Positions 53,028 to 62,880 of a stretch of DNA of 64,000 bases are shown here, piece after piece; positions within the stretch are counted from its first letter, which is position 1; each line of letters begins with the position of its first letter. The notes beneath the pieces are model-generated. The model made no database searches. It worked only from the letters and a program-made list of their open reading frames with translations, and was not told the DNA's origin. This DNA is from an uncultured cyanobacterium (GTDB lineage Bacteria; Cyanobacteriota; Cyanobacteriia; Cyanobacteriales; Cyanobacteriaceae), in contig CAVVOP010000005.1 in NCBI GenBank assembly GCA_963749915.1, positions 352,001 to 416,000 of the forward strand, given 5' to 3'. The translations under genes and the position numbers were made by a program.

Positions 53028-53840
53028 ATGACTAATTATCAAAGGTATTTAGATTATGAAAACTGGGAATTACCCAATTATTTAACCTCTGAATTTGCCC
53101 CAAAACGAACTAAATATTGTGTTTGTATTTTTGTTATTGATGAGGGCGAAAAAATCAAAAAACAGTTAGAGAAAATGCTCGAAATCTCTAAAAATATTGA
53201 TGTAATTATTGCCGATGGTGGTAGTACTGATGGTTCTTTAGATTTAGATTTTCTGAGAAATGTTCATGTAAGAACATTATTGACGAAGGAAGACACTGGA
53301 AAGTTAAGCACACAGATGCGTATGGCGTTTGCTTATGCTTTAATTGAAGGTTATGAGGGAATTATAACTATTGACGGAAACAATAAAGATGATCCCTCTG
53401 CTATTCCTACTTTTGTGGAAGCCTTAGGGGAAGGATATGATCATCTTCAAGGCTCACGTTTTGTGCCGGGTGGCAAAGCGGTAAATACTCCTTGGGCAAG
53501 ATATTGGGCTGTCAGACTTATTCACGCCCCTTTGATTAGCCTTGCATCGGGTTTTAGATATACGGATACAACTAACGGATTTCGTGGTTATAGTCGTCGA
53601 TTATTAGTCGATTCCAGAGTCGCACCTTTTCGCGAGGTTTTCTCAGGTTATGAATTGCATTATTATTTAGCCATTCGCTCTGTTCATCTGGGCTATAAAG
53701 TGAGGGAATTGCCCGTAACTAGATGTTATCCCCATAAAGGACCAACACCGACAAAAATTAGTCCCATCAAAGGCAATTTGACGGTATTATCCACATTGTT
53801 TAAAGCCTGTTTAAATAAATTTAATCCTCCTAAAAAATAA
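53028..53840 (+). CDS. Soluble DPM1-like GT2 (polyprenyl-phosphate glycosyltransferase)
   Basis: ADGGSTDGS, IDGNNKDDP, GSRF, DTTNGFRGY. Confidence 0.87.
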   Translation: MTNYQRYLDYENWELPNYLTSEFAPKRTKYCVCIFVIDEGEKIKKQLEKMLEISKNIDVIIADGGSTDGSLDLDFLRNVHVRTLLTKEDTGKLSTQMRMAFAYALIEGYEGIITIDGNNKDDPSAIPTFVEALGEGYDHLQGSRFVPGGKAVNTPWARYWAVRLIHAPLISLASGFRYTDTTNGFRGYSRRLLVDSRVAPFREVFSGYELHYYLAIRSVHLGYKVRELPVTRCYPHKGPTPTKISPIKGNLTVLSTLFKACLNKFNPPKK

Positions 53841-53864
53841 ATTATTATTAAAGTTATTGAAAAT

Positions 53865-54632
53865 ATGAGTAAAGCTATTATCGGTTACACGGGATTTGTG
53901 GGAAGTAATCTGATTTCACAGCAAAAATTTGATGATTTTTATAACTCAAAAAATATCGAGTCCATTCAAGGAAAAAGTTATGATATCGTAGTCTGTGCAG
54001 GTGCACCTGCGGTGAAATGGTTAGCAAATAAAGAGCCTATCAAGGATAAAGAAAATTTGCAAAAATTGATGGATTGTTTAGCTCAAGTATCCACTAATAA
54101 ATTAATTTTAATTTCCACCGTTGACGTTTATCCTAATCCTATTAATGTAGATGAATATACACAAATTGACGTGGAAGTTTTACAACCCTATGGTAAGCAT
54201 CGTTTAGAATTAGAGCGATTTGTACAAGAAAATTTTGATAGTTTAATTGTACGTTTGCCCGGCCTTTTTGGTGAAGGATTGAAAAAAAATATTATCTATG
54301 ATTTTCTTAACAATAATATTGGCGATTGGATACATAAAGATAGTGTTTTTCAATTTTATAACTTAGCACATCTTTGGGAAGATTTGGCGATCGCCCTTGA
54401 CCATGAATTAAAGTTAGTCAACTTTGCCACTGAACCAGTTAGTGTAGCAGAAGTGGCACTAGAAGCCTTCGGATTTAAATTTAGCGAAGAACCTAAAAAT
54501 AATCCTGCAAATTATGATATGCGAACCAAATATTTTGATTTATTTAGTAGTGATCAACAGGGCTATTTATACGGTAAAAAAATAGTTTTTCAAGAATTAA
54601 GGGAATTTGTATTAAAACAGAAGTCAAATTAA
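53865..54632 (+). CDS. Atypical NAD(P)-dependent epimerase/dehydratase/reductase (SDR)
   Basis: IGYTGFVGSNL, STVDVY, YGKHR, VRLPGLFG. Confidence 0.82.
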   Translation: MSKAIIGYTGFVGSNLISQQKFDDFYNSKNIESIQGKSYDIVVCAGAPAVKWLANKEPIKDKENLQKLMDCLAQVSTNKLILISTVDVYPNPINVDEYTQIDVEVLQPYGKHRLELERFVQENFDSLIVRLPGLFGEGLKKNIIYDFLNNNIGDWIHKDSVFQFYNLAHLWEDLAIALDHELKLVNFATEPVSVAEVALEAFGFKFSEEPKNNPANYDMRTKYFDLFSSDQQGYLYGKKIVFQELREFVLKQKSN

Positions 54633-54656
54633 AAAATAAAAGAAAACCCAAATTCA

Positions 54657-56606
54657 ATGGATAAAATTAATTTTGATCAAGTTAAAAAAAATTTAAGCAT
54701 AATTTTCTGTATCATAATTCCCTTTTTAATTTACACAGGTATTTTGATAATTGATTTACCATCAGAAATGGGCGATGCAATCAGACATGGTTTTTCATGG
54801 TTATTGGTCATTTTTGCAATATTACTATATATAACTTACAGCATAAAGGGATGGTTAGGTATCGCCTTGAGTTTAAGTTCAACTCTCGCTTTATTTGCTT
54901 TACCCTTAGCTAGACTTTGGAGTACAGGAGTAAGTGAATCTTACTTATTAGGTGGTTTACTTCCTTGGAGCGATGCTAACGGATATTACTGGCACACAAG
55001 AAATTTGTTACAAGGCTTAACAATGATAAATAGTCCACATGATTCAAGACCGATATTTGTTGGTATATTATCATTTGTCTTCAAACTGACTCAACAAAAT
55101 TTACAGATAAGTATAGCTATTTTAACGGCTTTAATTGCCATTAGTTGCTTTTTTGTCGTAAAAGAACTTCAAAGATCCTATGGTACAACTGCAGGGGTTC
55201 TAGTGATTTTATGTTTATTTATATTTATCAGACCTTTAATCGGTTCTTTATTGACAGAGAATATCGGATTATGTTTAGGTACATTGAGTTTTGCGTTGTT
55301 GTTAAGGGGTGCAAAGCAGATAAGCATAAACATAGCCTTATTAGGAATTTTTATCCTAACCATTGCCCTTAACGCTCGTACCGGTACATTTTTCGTTTTA
55401 CCGACTTTAATTTTCTGGGGTGGTTATGTCTTTCGTGAATCAAAGTTATTTTCTAGTAAATTCGCACTATGGGGATTCAGTGTTGTTTTACTGGGTTTTA
55501 TCTTCAATTCTCTTTTGTTGAAAATCATTGGGCATCCTGACACTGGTTCATCTTACGCTAATTTTGCCCTAATGTTTTATGGAGTGATCACAGAAACCAA
55601 CTGGACACAAATATACCAAGATTATCCTGAAATCAATAAATTAGGAGGCTCTGAGTTTTCAGATAAAACCAATGCTATAGTTTGGGAAACGATCAAAAAT
55701 AATCCTATTGCTTCCATTAAAGGCATCATAAAACAGTGGCAAAACTTTTTCTTGGACAATTATAAATCGATCTTTTTTATGGAGAGAAATGAATTAGAAT
55801 CTGGCCTCAGATTTTTAGGTGTCATTGGATTGTTCGGATCTATATTAAAAAAGTTTATAAAAGATCCGATCGCTTCCCTAGTAATTTTCTATTTTTTCGG
55901 TGTGATTGCCTCTATACCCTTTGCACCAGTACAAGATGGAGGGTTAAGAGTTTATGCCGCTACGGTTATTATTTTTCCCGTTCTTTCGGCTATCGGTTTA
56001 ACTTTAATATTAGCTTACGCTATTAAACCTATTGTTAATTTTGCCTTTTCTTCATTGATACAAAAAAATGTTATTCCCCAAAACTTAGGTCAATTATTTT
56101 CTTCAGGTAATATCTCACAAAATTCATCCCAACTTTGGTCTCGTCAAGATCAAGTTTTACCGATTCTGAGTCTAAGTTTAGTGATCATTAGTTTTATCGC
56201 TCCCATTATTATTAAACAAATTAGTTATTTTCCTGACACATCTCATCTTTCTTGCCCTGTAGGTTTAGAAACTGCCTATTTTCGTAATAATCCGGGTTCA
56301 TATATTAATTTAGTAGAAGATAGTGCGATCGCCGATAGTCATTTACCCAATATCAGAATTAGTGATTTTCGAGAAGGATTAAAAACTTTTGCCCCATGGT
56401 TAAAAAAAGAGCCAGAAGCCTTTGCTCAAATTAATTCGGGCACCACCATTATGGATACCTTTAATTACACATGGTTAGTGACAAACTCAAATTTAATTCC
56501 CCAAGAGCGAGGTTTTATCTTAGCTTGTGGAAAAATAGAAACCATTGGAGAACTTAATCTCTTTCATGCTGATTACCTTAAACCGATATCGTCTAAAATA
56601 AATTGA
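54657..56606 (+). CDS. Polytopic membrane protein, probable GT-C glycosyltransferase
   Basis: Many TM segments; loop PWSDANGY, RP, LLTEN, NAR motifs; soluble C-terminal domain. Confidence 0.65.
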   Translation: MDKINFDQVKKNLSIIFCIIIPFLIYTGILIIDLPSEMGDAIRHGFSWLLVIFAILLYITYSIKGWLGIALSLSSTLALFALPLARLWSTGVSESYLLGGLLPWSDANGYYWHTRNLLQGLTMINSPHDSRPIFVGILSFVFKLTQQNLQISIAILTALIAISCFFVVKELQRSYGTTAGVLVILCLFIFIRPLIGSLLTENIGLCLGTLSFALLLRGAKQISINIALLGIFILTIALNARTGTFFVLPTLIFWGGYVFRESKLFSSKFALWGFSVVLLGFIFNSLLLKIIGHPDTGSSYANFALMFYGVITETNWTQIYQDYPEINKLGGSEFSDKTNAIVWETIKNNPIASIKGIIKQWQNFFLDNYKSIFFMERNELESGLRFLGVIGLFGSILKKFIKDPIASLVIFYFFGVIASIPFAPVQDGGLRVYAATVIIFPVLSAIGLTLILAYAIKPIVNFAFSSLIQKNVIPQNLGQLFSSGNISQNSSQLWSRQDQVLPILSLSLVIISFIAPIIIKQISYFPDTSHLSCPVGLETAYFRNNPGSYINLVEDSAIADSHLPNIRISDFREGLKTFAPWLKKEPEAFAQINSGTTIMDTFNYTWLVTNSNLIPQERGFILACGKIETIGELNLFHADYLKPISSKIN

Positions 56607-56645
56607 GATCCTAATAAAAAGTAAATAAAATAGAGAAATAAATTT

Positions 56646-57461
56646 ATGAAAATTGCGATTTCCAACATAGCATGGCAACTGAAAGAAGAAGAATCTATCG
56701 CTCAAATAATGCAGGATTTAGAAATAAAAGGAGTAGAAATTGCTCCGACTAAAATCTGGGATTCTCCTTTATTAGCAGAGGATAGTGAAATCAACTCTTA
56801 TCAAAATTTTTGGCACAGTAAAGGTATTGAAATTGTTGCCCTTCAAGCCTTACTATTTGGCAGACAAGATTTAACTATTTTTGCGGATGCCCATAAAAGA
56901 AAAGAAACTTTTGACTATCTTAGTGGCATGATTGAATTAGGAAGTAAATTAGGTGCCAAAGTATTAGTTTTTGGCTCTCCAAAAAACAGAAATATTGGAA
57001 ATTTAGACTTACAAGAAGCAGAAAAAATTGGGCAAGAATTTTTTTATAACTTAGGAGAGTTGGCCCTTAAAAATGAAGTCAAGTTCTGTATTGAACCGAA
57101 TCCAAGTATTTATAACTGTGATTTTATTACCGATTCTCAACAGGGTATAGAATTTGTGACGAAAACGAATAGCGAAGGTTTTGGGCTTCATTTAGACAGT
57201 GCGGGTATGATGTTAAGCAATGAGGACATTAAACCAGCTTTGGAAAAGTCTATTCAACGATTATGTCATTTTCATATCAGTGAACCTTATTTAGGGCCAG
57301 TGGGAGATGGTACAGTTGATCATCAGACTTTTGCTGATACTTTAACAAATCTTAATTATCAAGGTTGGACATCTATTGAAATGAAAACTCAAAGTCCTGA
57401 TTCTAATTCTTTACCTGTTACTAAAGCGTTAAAAACAGCAATTCAGTATTACAGAAAATAA
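56646..57461 (+). CDS. Sugar-phosphate isomerase/epimerase (xylose-isomerase-like TIM barrel)
   Basis: GVEIAP, VFGSP, CIEP, LHLD, HFHISE, SIEM. Confidence 0.85.
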   Translation: MKIAISNIAWQLKEEESIAQIMQDLEIKGVEIAPTKIWDSPLLAEDSEINSYQNFWHSKGIEIVALQALLFGRQDLTIFADAHKRKETFDYLSGMIELGSKLGAKVLVFGSPKNRNIGNLDLQEAEKIGQEFFYNLGELALKNEVKFCIEPNPSIYNCDFITDSQQGIEFVTKTNSEGFGLHLDSAGMMLSNEDIKPALEKSIQRLCHFHISEPYLGPVGDGTVDHQTFADTLTNLNYQGWTSIEMKTQSPDSNSLPVTKALKTAIQYYRK

Positions 57462-57643
57462 AAATTAATCATTAAACTATTTGTTTTTCTGAGAAAAGTA
57501 CGTCATCAACTATTAATAATATACCTAAATTAGTGTAATTGTTAAAAGATTCTTAACAATTAAACCTCCATAAATTGAATAACCTAATAATAGAGCATTA
57601 TTTATCCTCTATTGTCAATTACTCAAACTACGAAAAAATATTT

Positions 57644-59083
57644 ATGACAAGTAACTTAATTACCGTCGCCTATATCGCCGCTAGTGCGTTATTTATTCTT
57701 AGTCTCGCTGGTTTATCTAACCAAGAAACCGCAGGAAAAGGCAACATTTACGGTATCGCTGGAATGGCGATCGCATTTTTAGCTACAGCATTCAGTGCTG
57801 ATGTGACAAATTATACAACCCTGATTACTGCTATTATCCCCGCAGTGATTATCGGCTCAATTTTAGCCTCTAGGGTAGCTATGACATCCATGCCTGAGTT
57901 AGTGGCAATTTTACATAGCTTTGTCGGTTTAGCCGCCGTGTTGGTGGGAGTTGGCAACTATTTACAGCCTGAATCTGGTTTAATAGGCTCAGAAGAATTT
58001 ATCCATCAAATCGAAATTTATATCGGTGTCTTTATCGGTGCAGTGACTTTTACAGGCTCCATCGTCGCTTTTGGTAAATTACGCGCGATAATTAGTTCAA
58101 AACCCCTCATGTTACCGGCCAGACATTTTCTCAATTTAGGGATGTTAGGTGCAACTATTTATTTCGGTTACGCTTTTCTTAACACCGAATCAGGGTTACA
58201 ACCTTTATTAATCATGACGGGAATTGCCTGTTTATTGGGGATTCACCTCGTCGCGGCTATCGGTGGTGCGGATATGCCTGTAGTAATTTCCATGTTAAAC
58301 AGTTATTCTGGATGGGCAGCCGCCGCGGCTGGTTTTATGTTGAGCAACGACTTGTTAATCATCACTGGTGCATTAGTGGGTAGTAGTGGGGCAATTCTAA
58401 GTTATATCATGTGTAAAGCCATGAACCGCTCGTTTATTAGCGTTATTTTAGGCGGTTTTGGGGAAGGAAGTGGAAAAACTACCTCTACTTTTAAGCAAGA
58501 GGTTGGGGAAGCCGTGGCGACTAATATTGAAGAAGTGGCGGAAATGTTGGTAAATGCGAAAAGTGTCATTATCACCCCGGGTTATGGTATGGCTGTAGCT
58601 CAAGCCCAACATGGTGTCTCGGAAATTACCAAGATTTTAAAAAGCCGTAAAGTTAATGTGCGTTTTGGGATTCACCCCGTGGCGGGACGTTTACCCGGTC
58701 ATATGAATGTATTGTTAGCAGAGGCAAATGTGCCTTATGACATCGTTTTAGAAATGGATGAGATTAACGAAGATTTCCCCACAACTGACGTAGTTTTAGT
58801 TATCGGAGCTAATGATACTGTTAATCCTAGTGCATTGGAAGATCCTAATAGTGCCATCGCTGGCATGCCTGTATTAGAAGTCTGGAAAGCAGAAAACTGT
58901 ATCGTCATGAAGCGCAGTTTAGCCACTGGTTACGCGGGGGTTGATAATCCTTTATTTTATAAGGAAAATACGAGAATGCTTTTCGGTGATGCTAAGGTAA
59001 ATGTTGACTCATTATTAGTAGCGTTGAGAGAAAAAACCAGTAAAAAAGGCAAAGCGGAAAATAAAGTTTTAGTTACCGCCTAG
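57644..59083 (+). CDS. pntB: NAD(P) transhydrogenase beta subunit
   Basis: [48 protein letters not shown]. Confidence 0.97.
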   Translation: MTSNLITVAYIAASALFILSLAGLSNQETAGKGNIYGIAGMAIAFLATAFSADVTNYTTLITAIIPAVIIGSILASRVAMTSMPELVAILHSFVGLAAVLVGVGNYLQPESGLIGSEEFIHQIEIYIGVFIGAVTFTGSIVAFGKLRAIISSKPLMLPARHFLNLGMLGATIYFGYAFLNTESGLQPLLIMTGIACLLGIHLVAAIGGADMPVVISMLNSYSGWAAAAAGFMLSNDLLIITGALVGSSGAILSYIMCKAMNRSFISVILGGFGEGSGKTTSTFKQEVGEAVATNIEEVAEMLVNAKSVIITPGYGMAVAQAQHGVSEITKILKSRKVNVRFGIHPVAGRLPGHMNVLLAEANVPYDIVLEMDEINEDFPTTDVVLVIGANDTVNPSALEDPNSAIAGMPVLEVWKAENCIVMKRSLATGYAGVDNPLFYKENTRMLFGDAKVNVDSLLVALREKTSKKGKAENKVLVTA

Positions 59084-59096
59084 TGCTTGAACAATT

Positions 59097-59728
59097 CTGG
59101 TTCTAGCGGATTTTGTGGTCAACCAGTTTTTAGGGGTCTTCGACCATTCATCGAACTGGCAATTAGCAAATTGTGCAGCCAGTTGTGATGGTATTGAAAT
59201 CCATTGAGGTCTTTAAAGGGCGAAATCCTCTCAGAGTCTGATGAGCAAGTTCTTGAAGAATAGGGATGAAAATTCCACACCAGTGCCATCGAGGGTACAT
59301 AGAGTCGAGCTGATTCTTTCGTGCCGTGAAAGTATTGCAAGGTCTTTGATCCTTGTGCCCACGATGGATGCTCGACCCAAAGACAAGTAAATTCGATACC
59401 AATACATGGGATTGCGCCCAAAAACGTGAAACCAAAAGCCCTGCTCCATTGAATCGGGAAACAATTCTGGATATTGACCCTGAATCTGAATCACATATTG
59501 CCGAAAAGCTTTAGGATTAAAGAGAATACCTCGATATTGTGTTTCACTTTCCACTGGCAAACAGATACTCTTATCTCCTCTTATAGACTCGGCCATTCTT
59601 TAGTTTAACCCCCTGATTGACTGATAATCTTTCTACTTTACCCAATCACAGCGGTTTCGTCCTCACGGGGCGATCAGTGTCGGCGATCGCTCTTGATTTC
59701 TAATGACCACAAAATCCGTTAGAACCAG
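59097..59728 (-). mobile_element. Truncated IS with 25-bp IRs and a frameshifted transposase N-terminus
   Basis: CTGGTTCTAGCGGATTTTGTGGTCA / TGACCACAAAATCCGTTAGAACCAG (1 mismatch); broken ORFs 59119-59596. Confidence 0.8.
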
Positions 59729-59809
59729 TGTCAGGCAGTCAGGCCATGACCAACTTTCGACACCAGAGTCTTATGCTTATCCTTCCTTCGGGTTGGCGAT
59801 GGGAGTATG

Positions 59810-60544
59810 TCACAGTAAATAAGCATTTTCTTGCAAAGCAATTAATTCTTGACTTAAGGCCTGCAAATTATTTAATTCCTCAGAATTCGTTAAATCTGCT
59901 GTGCGTAGTTTGTTCTGCAATTGTTGTAAAATTCCGGCAGATTCGGTAATTAAATTTGTTAAAGAAAATACCTGTGCTTGTCTTGCTGATTTGCCCTGTT
60001 TTGCTAAATTAATATTACGATTTAAACTTGATTCTATCTGTCTTAACTGTTTTAAGGCTAATCCATCGGTAGATTTTTGTTTTTTCTTAATATCTTTTAA
60101 TTTTTCTTCTAATTCTTCCACTGATAATAGCGAATCTCCTCCTGATAATTTATTACTTAAATTCTCTATTTTTTGGGGTAATTCTAAAGTACGATCGCAA
60201 GAATATTCTACAGTAGTTAATAAATCCATTTGCCATGAATCATGCAATAAATTTTTAGCTTCTAACCGTAAATTTTCGGCTTTATTAATTAATAATTGTG
60301 CTTCTTTTTTTGCTTCATTTAACTCTTGTTCTAAGCCTTTATTTTCTAAGTTAATTCTACTTTGTTTTTGGTTATCTTGAGCTAAGATAATTGATCCTAT
60401 AAAAGCGATCGCTACGCTAGATGGTAAGATGATAATACTAGATAATTTAACAACTCTTACCCCTAAAAATAAACAAATTCCACTGATTAAAACTGCTAGA
60501 GGATAATTGAGAGGATTAACTAGTTTCATTTTTTTACTCCTCAT
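59810..60544 (-). CDS. Membrane-anchored coiled-coil protein, downstream partner of the vWA gene
   Basis: Two N-terminal TM segments and a long heptad region; 4-bp gap to the upstream gene. Confidence 0.75.
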   Translation of the reverse strand: MRSKKMKLVNPLNYPLAVLISGICLFLGVRVVKLSSIIILPSSVAIAFIGSIILAQDNQKQSRINLENKGLEQELNEAKKEAQLLINKAENLRLEAKNLLHDSWQMDLLTTVEYSCDRTLELPQKIENLSNKLSGGDSLLSVEELEEKLKDIKKKQKSTDGLALKQLRQIESSLNRNINLAKQGKSARQAQVFSLTNLITESAGILQQLQNKLRTADLTNSEELNNLQALSQELIALQENAYLL

Positions 60545-60548
60545 ATAA

Positions 60549-62255
60549 TTAAAATTCTACTTGTAAATCATTCATTAATTTATCAATAGTGTCAGGATTA
60601 CCTTGTCGATAATAACCGCTATTTATTCTGGCAATTTCTTCTAAAATTTTGGAATTAAATTCTCCTTCTTTACCATAACCAACAGTAAAAAATGCAATTC
60701 TTTCATCACTATTAAAACCACTTTTTTTCAATTCTTCTTCTAATTTTTGTAAAGTTATACCACTACCAGAATCTTCTCCATCCGTAAGAATTAATACAGC
60801 GTTAATGGCATCAGGTTTAAGATTTTTTTTCAGCCAATCACGGGCAAATAAAGCACTGTCATATAATCTTGTCCCGCCTCGTGCTTGTAAGCTACTAATA
60901 TATTGAATACCTTTATTTTTACCTTCAGGAGTGCCTTTAATAATCACTGGTGAATTAATTTCATCACTAAATGTAATTAAAACAATTTCTTCCTTTGTCC
61001 CTAAATTATTCACATAATTGAATAACGTGTTTTGTACCGCCGTCATTTTTGCCCCTCGCATTGAACCTGAAATATCAACAACTACTGCTACTTGAGAAGG
61101 TTTTTTAGCGTAATCTTGCCAATTTTTAAGCATGGCCTCCACAACTTCAGGCTGAGGAGGACGATAGGATTCATAATTAGGATTAGGGCTCACCCCAAAT
61201 TGAGCATTAAATTTATTACCAAGAGCAATACCAGGAATACCAGGACGTAATCCTAATTCAGTGGCCAAAGTTTGAGATTCAGGAGTAAGCATAAAGTCTA
61301 AAATTTTTTGAGCGCCTTCTTTTTCTTCTGGAGATACCCAAGAGGCATTGGGCAAAATCCCGCGAATATTGGACCCGAAGGTAGCTTTAGGGTAAACTGC
61401 CTGATATTTAGTCTTATTTTCACCGCCTTGACTATTAGCACGAATCACGAGAGACTCATAAACCGAGCCAACATTTGCCCAAAATAAGCCATTTTCTACC
61501 ATAGAATTAGCTAAAGAAGCAGTAGAAACCCCATAACGGGTAACCTTTCCTTGGATAGCTTTAACTTTATCTTGATATTTCTCTATATCACCAATGGTTA
61601 AATCTTGAGGTGCTTTATTGGCAACGGAAGCAAATTGAGCTACTAAAGTCTGTAAGCCTGAATTAGAGCGAGTTGGAGCGGTTTGTACAAAATAAATAGG
61701 TAAAGGTTGTGCCTGAGAATCTAATTGTTGATAATTCTCATATTCTGCCAAAGCTGTATAAATATTGGGTACTTTTTCCAATGCCGGCGCTAATTCTGCC
61801 GTTGTCATAAACACCATCGGGCTAAATACTAATAAAGGAGTATCAGTAATAGGGGGAATATAATTTTTACCTGGAAAAATCTTGTCTATTTGATAGACTA
61901 ATTGATTTTGATAAATTTCACCATCCACGGCAATTAATGAGGGAAAACGCTCATCATCAGCAGAAATCGCCCCTGTTGACAGTTGTTGACTTAAAGAAAC
62001 CACTTCGGCAATGACATCACCGCTTCCTTTGGCATCACAAGTTAAAAAAAACGGTTTACCACTACTAAGTTGCGGATTCGTAGCGTTAAGTTTTGTTGCA
62101 GTTTGTTGACAAAATTCCCCTAAATCACTCCCGACTAAAAATTTAATGGGAATGCCAGAAGGTTGATTATTGTTGGTATTTGCTTGATTACATCCACCAA
62201 TAATTAATAAAGGTGTGATGAGAAAAGGAAAAATTAATTTAAAATTGGAAACCAT
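60549..62255 (-). CDS. Lipoprotein: periplasmic-binding-protein fold + C-terminal vWA domain
   Basis: Lipobox IGGC, PTRSNSGL, MIDAS DISGSM...T...LTDGED. Confidence 0.87.
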   Translation of the reverse strand: MVSNFKLIFPFLITPLLIIGGCNQANTNNNQPSGIPIKFLVGSDLGEFCQQTATKLNATNPQLSSGKPFFLTCDAKGSGDVIAEVVSLSQQLSTGAISADDERFPSLIAVDGEIYQNQLVYQIDKIFPGKNYIPPITDTPLLVFSPMVFMTTAELAPALEKVPNIYTALAEYENYQQLDSQAQPLPIYFVQTAPTRSNSGLQTLVAQFASVANKAPQDLTIGDIEKYQDKVKAIQGKVTRYGVSTASLANSMVENGLFWANVGSVYESLVIRANSQGGENKTKYQAVYPKATFGSNIRGILPNASWVSPEEKEGAQKILDFMLTPESQTLATELGLRPGIPGIALGNKFNAQFGVSPNPNYESYRPPQPEVVEAMLKNWQDYAKKPSQVAVVVDISGSMRGAKMTAVQNTLFNYVNNLGTKEEIVLITFSDEINSPVIIKGTPEGKNKGIQYISSLQARGGTRLYDSALFARDWLKKNLKPDAINAVLILTDGEDSGSGITLQKLEEELKKSGFNSDERIAFFTVGYGKEGEFNSKILEEIARINSGYYRQGNPDTIDKLMNDLQVEF

Positions 62256-62458
62256 AGAAAAAAATGATGATTTCTGTTGTTATAGTGATCATAACCTATT
62301 TAGCTTTTGATGAAGGTTGAATAAAAATTAAGCAAAACTCAAATCTTCTCAGAGAATGGTTGAGAAAATAAACAGGGAGTAGAATGTGGAGTAAGATTAA
62401 GGTTAGGGGTAACTGTTCAGTACTCCTAACACTTACTTGTGCATAAAAACATTTTACC

Positions 62459-62770
62459 ATGACTCAAACAATAGAAGTTAACCTAATTGATGTGCTCAAT
62501 AAAATTGAGGCTAAAATCGATAAACTTGACAGCAAAATTGATAATTTAGGGCAGAAATTAGAGACTAAAATCGACAAACTTGATAGCAAAATTGATAATT
62601 TAGAGCAGAAATTAGAGACTAAAATTGGCACTTTAGAACAAAAATTAGAAACCAAAATCGATAAAAAGTTTAATGAAGTTGAAAATCGTTTTAACGAGAT
62701 TAACACTCGGCTTAATACCCTAACATTAGGTTTTTTAAGCATTATTGGGGTTTTAACGGGGGCTTATTAA
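62459..62770 (+). CDS. KID-repeat coiled-coil protein with C-terminal TM (probably frameshifted near the end)
   Basis: KIDKLDSKIDNL repeats; alternative frame gives GLLTILAKFTFFPNS. Confidence 0.7.
   Translation: MTQTIEVNLIDVLNKIEAKIDKLDSKIDNLGQKLETKIDKLDSKIDNLEQKLETKIGTLEQKLETKIDKKFNEVENRFNEINTRLNTLTLGFLSIIGVLTGAY
62507..62665 (+). repeat. 54-bp coding tandem repeat (2 copies plus partials)
   Basis: GAGrCTAAAATCGAyAAACTTGAyAGCAAAATTGATAATTTAGrGCAGAAATTA x2. Confidence 0.85.
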
Positions 62771-62880
62771 CTATTCTCGCTAAATTTACTTTTTTCCCTA
62801 ATTCATAAGTAAATTTTTAATATTTCAAGGGTACCTTGGAATATAGCTACTTATTTTATAAAATCAGAATAAATTTGTAG

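Noticed and set aside
57644..59083. Orphan pntB as part of the glycosylation cluster
   Set aside because: pntA and pntB are unlinked in some cyanobacteria (e.g. Synechocystis); a 180-bp gap separates it from the cluster
525..62742. Numerous short antisense or overlapping ORFs (e.g. 1078-1344, 19003-19347, 27405-28662, 48918-49610, 59901-60380, 62464-62742)
   Set aside because: Shadows of well-supported genes, with no recognisable motifs
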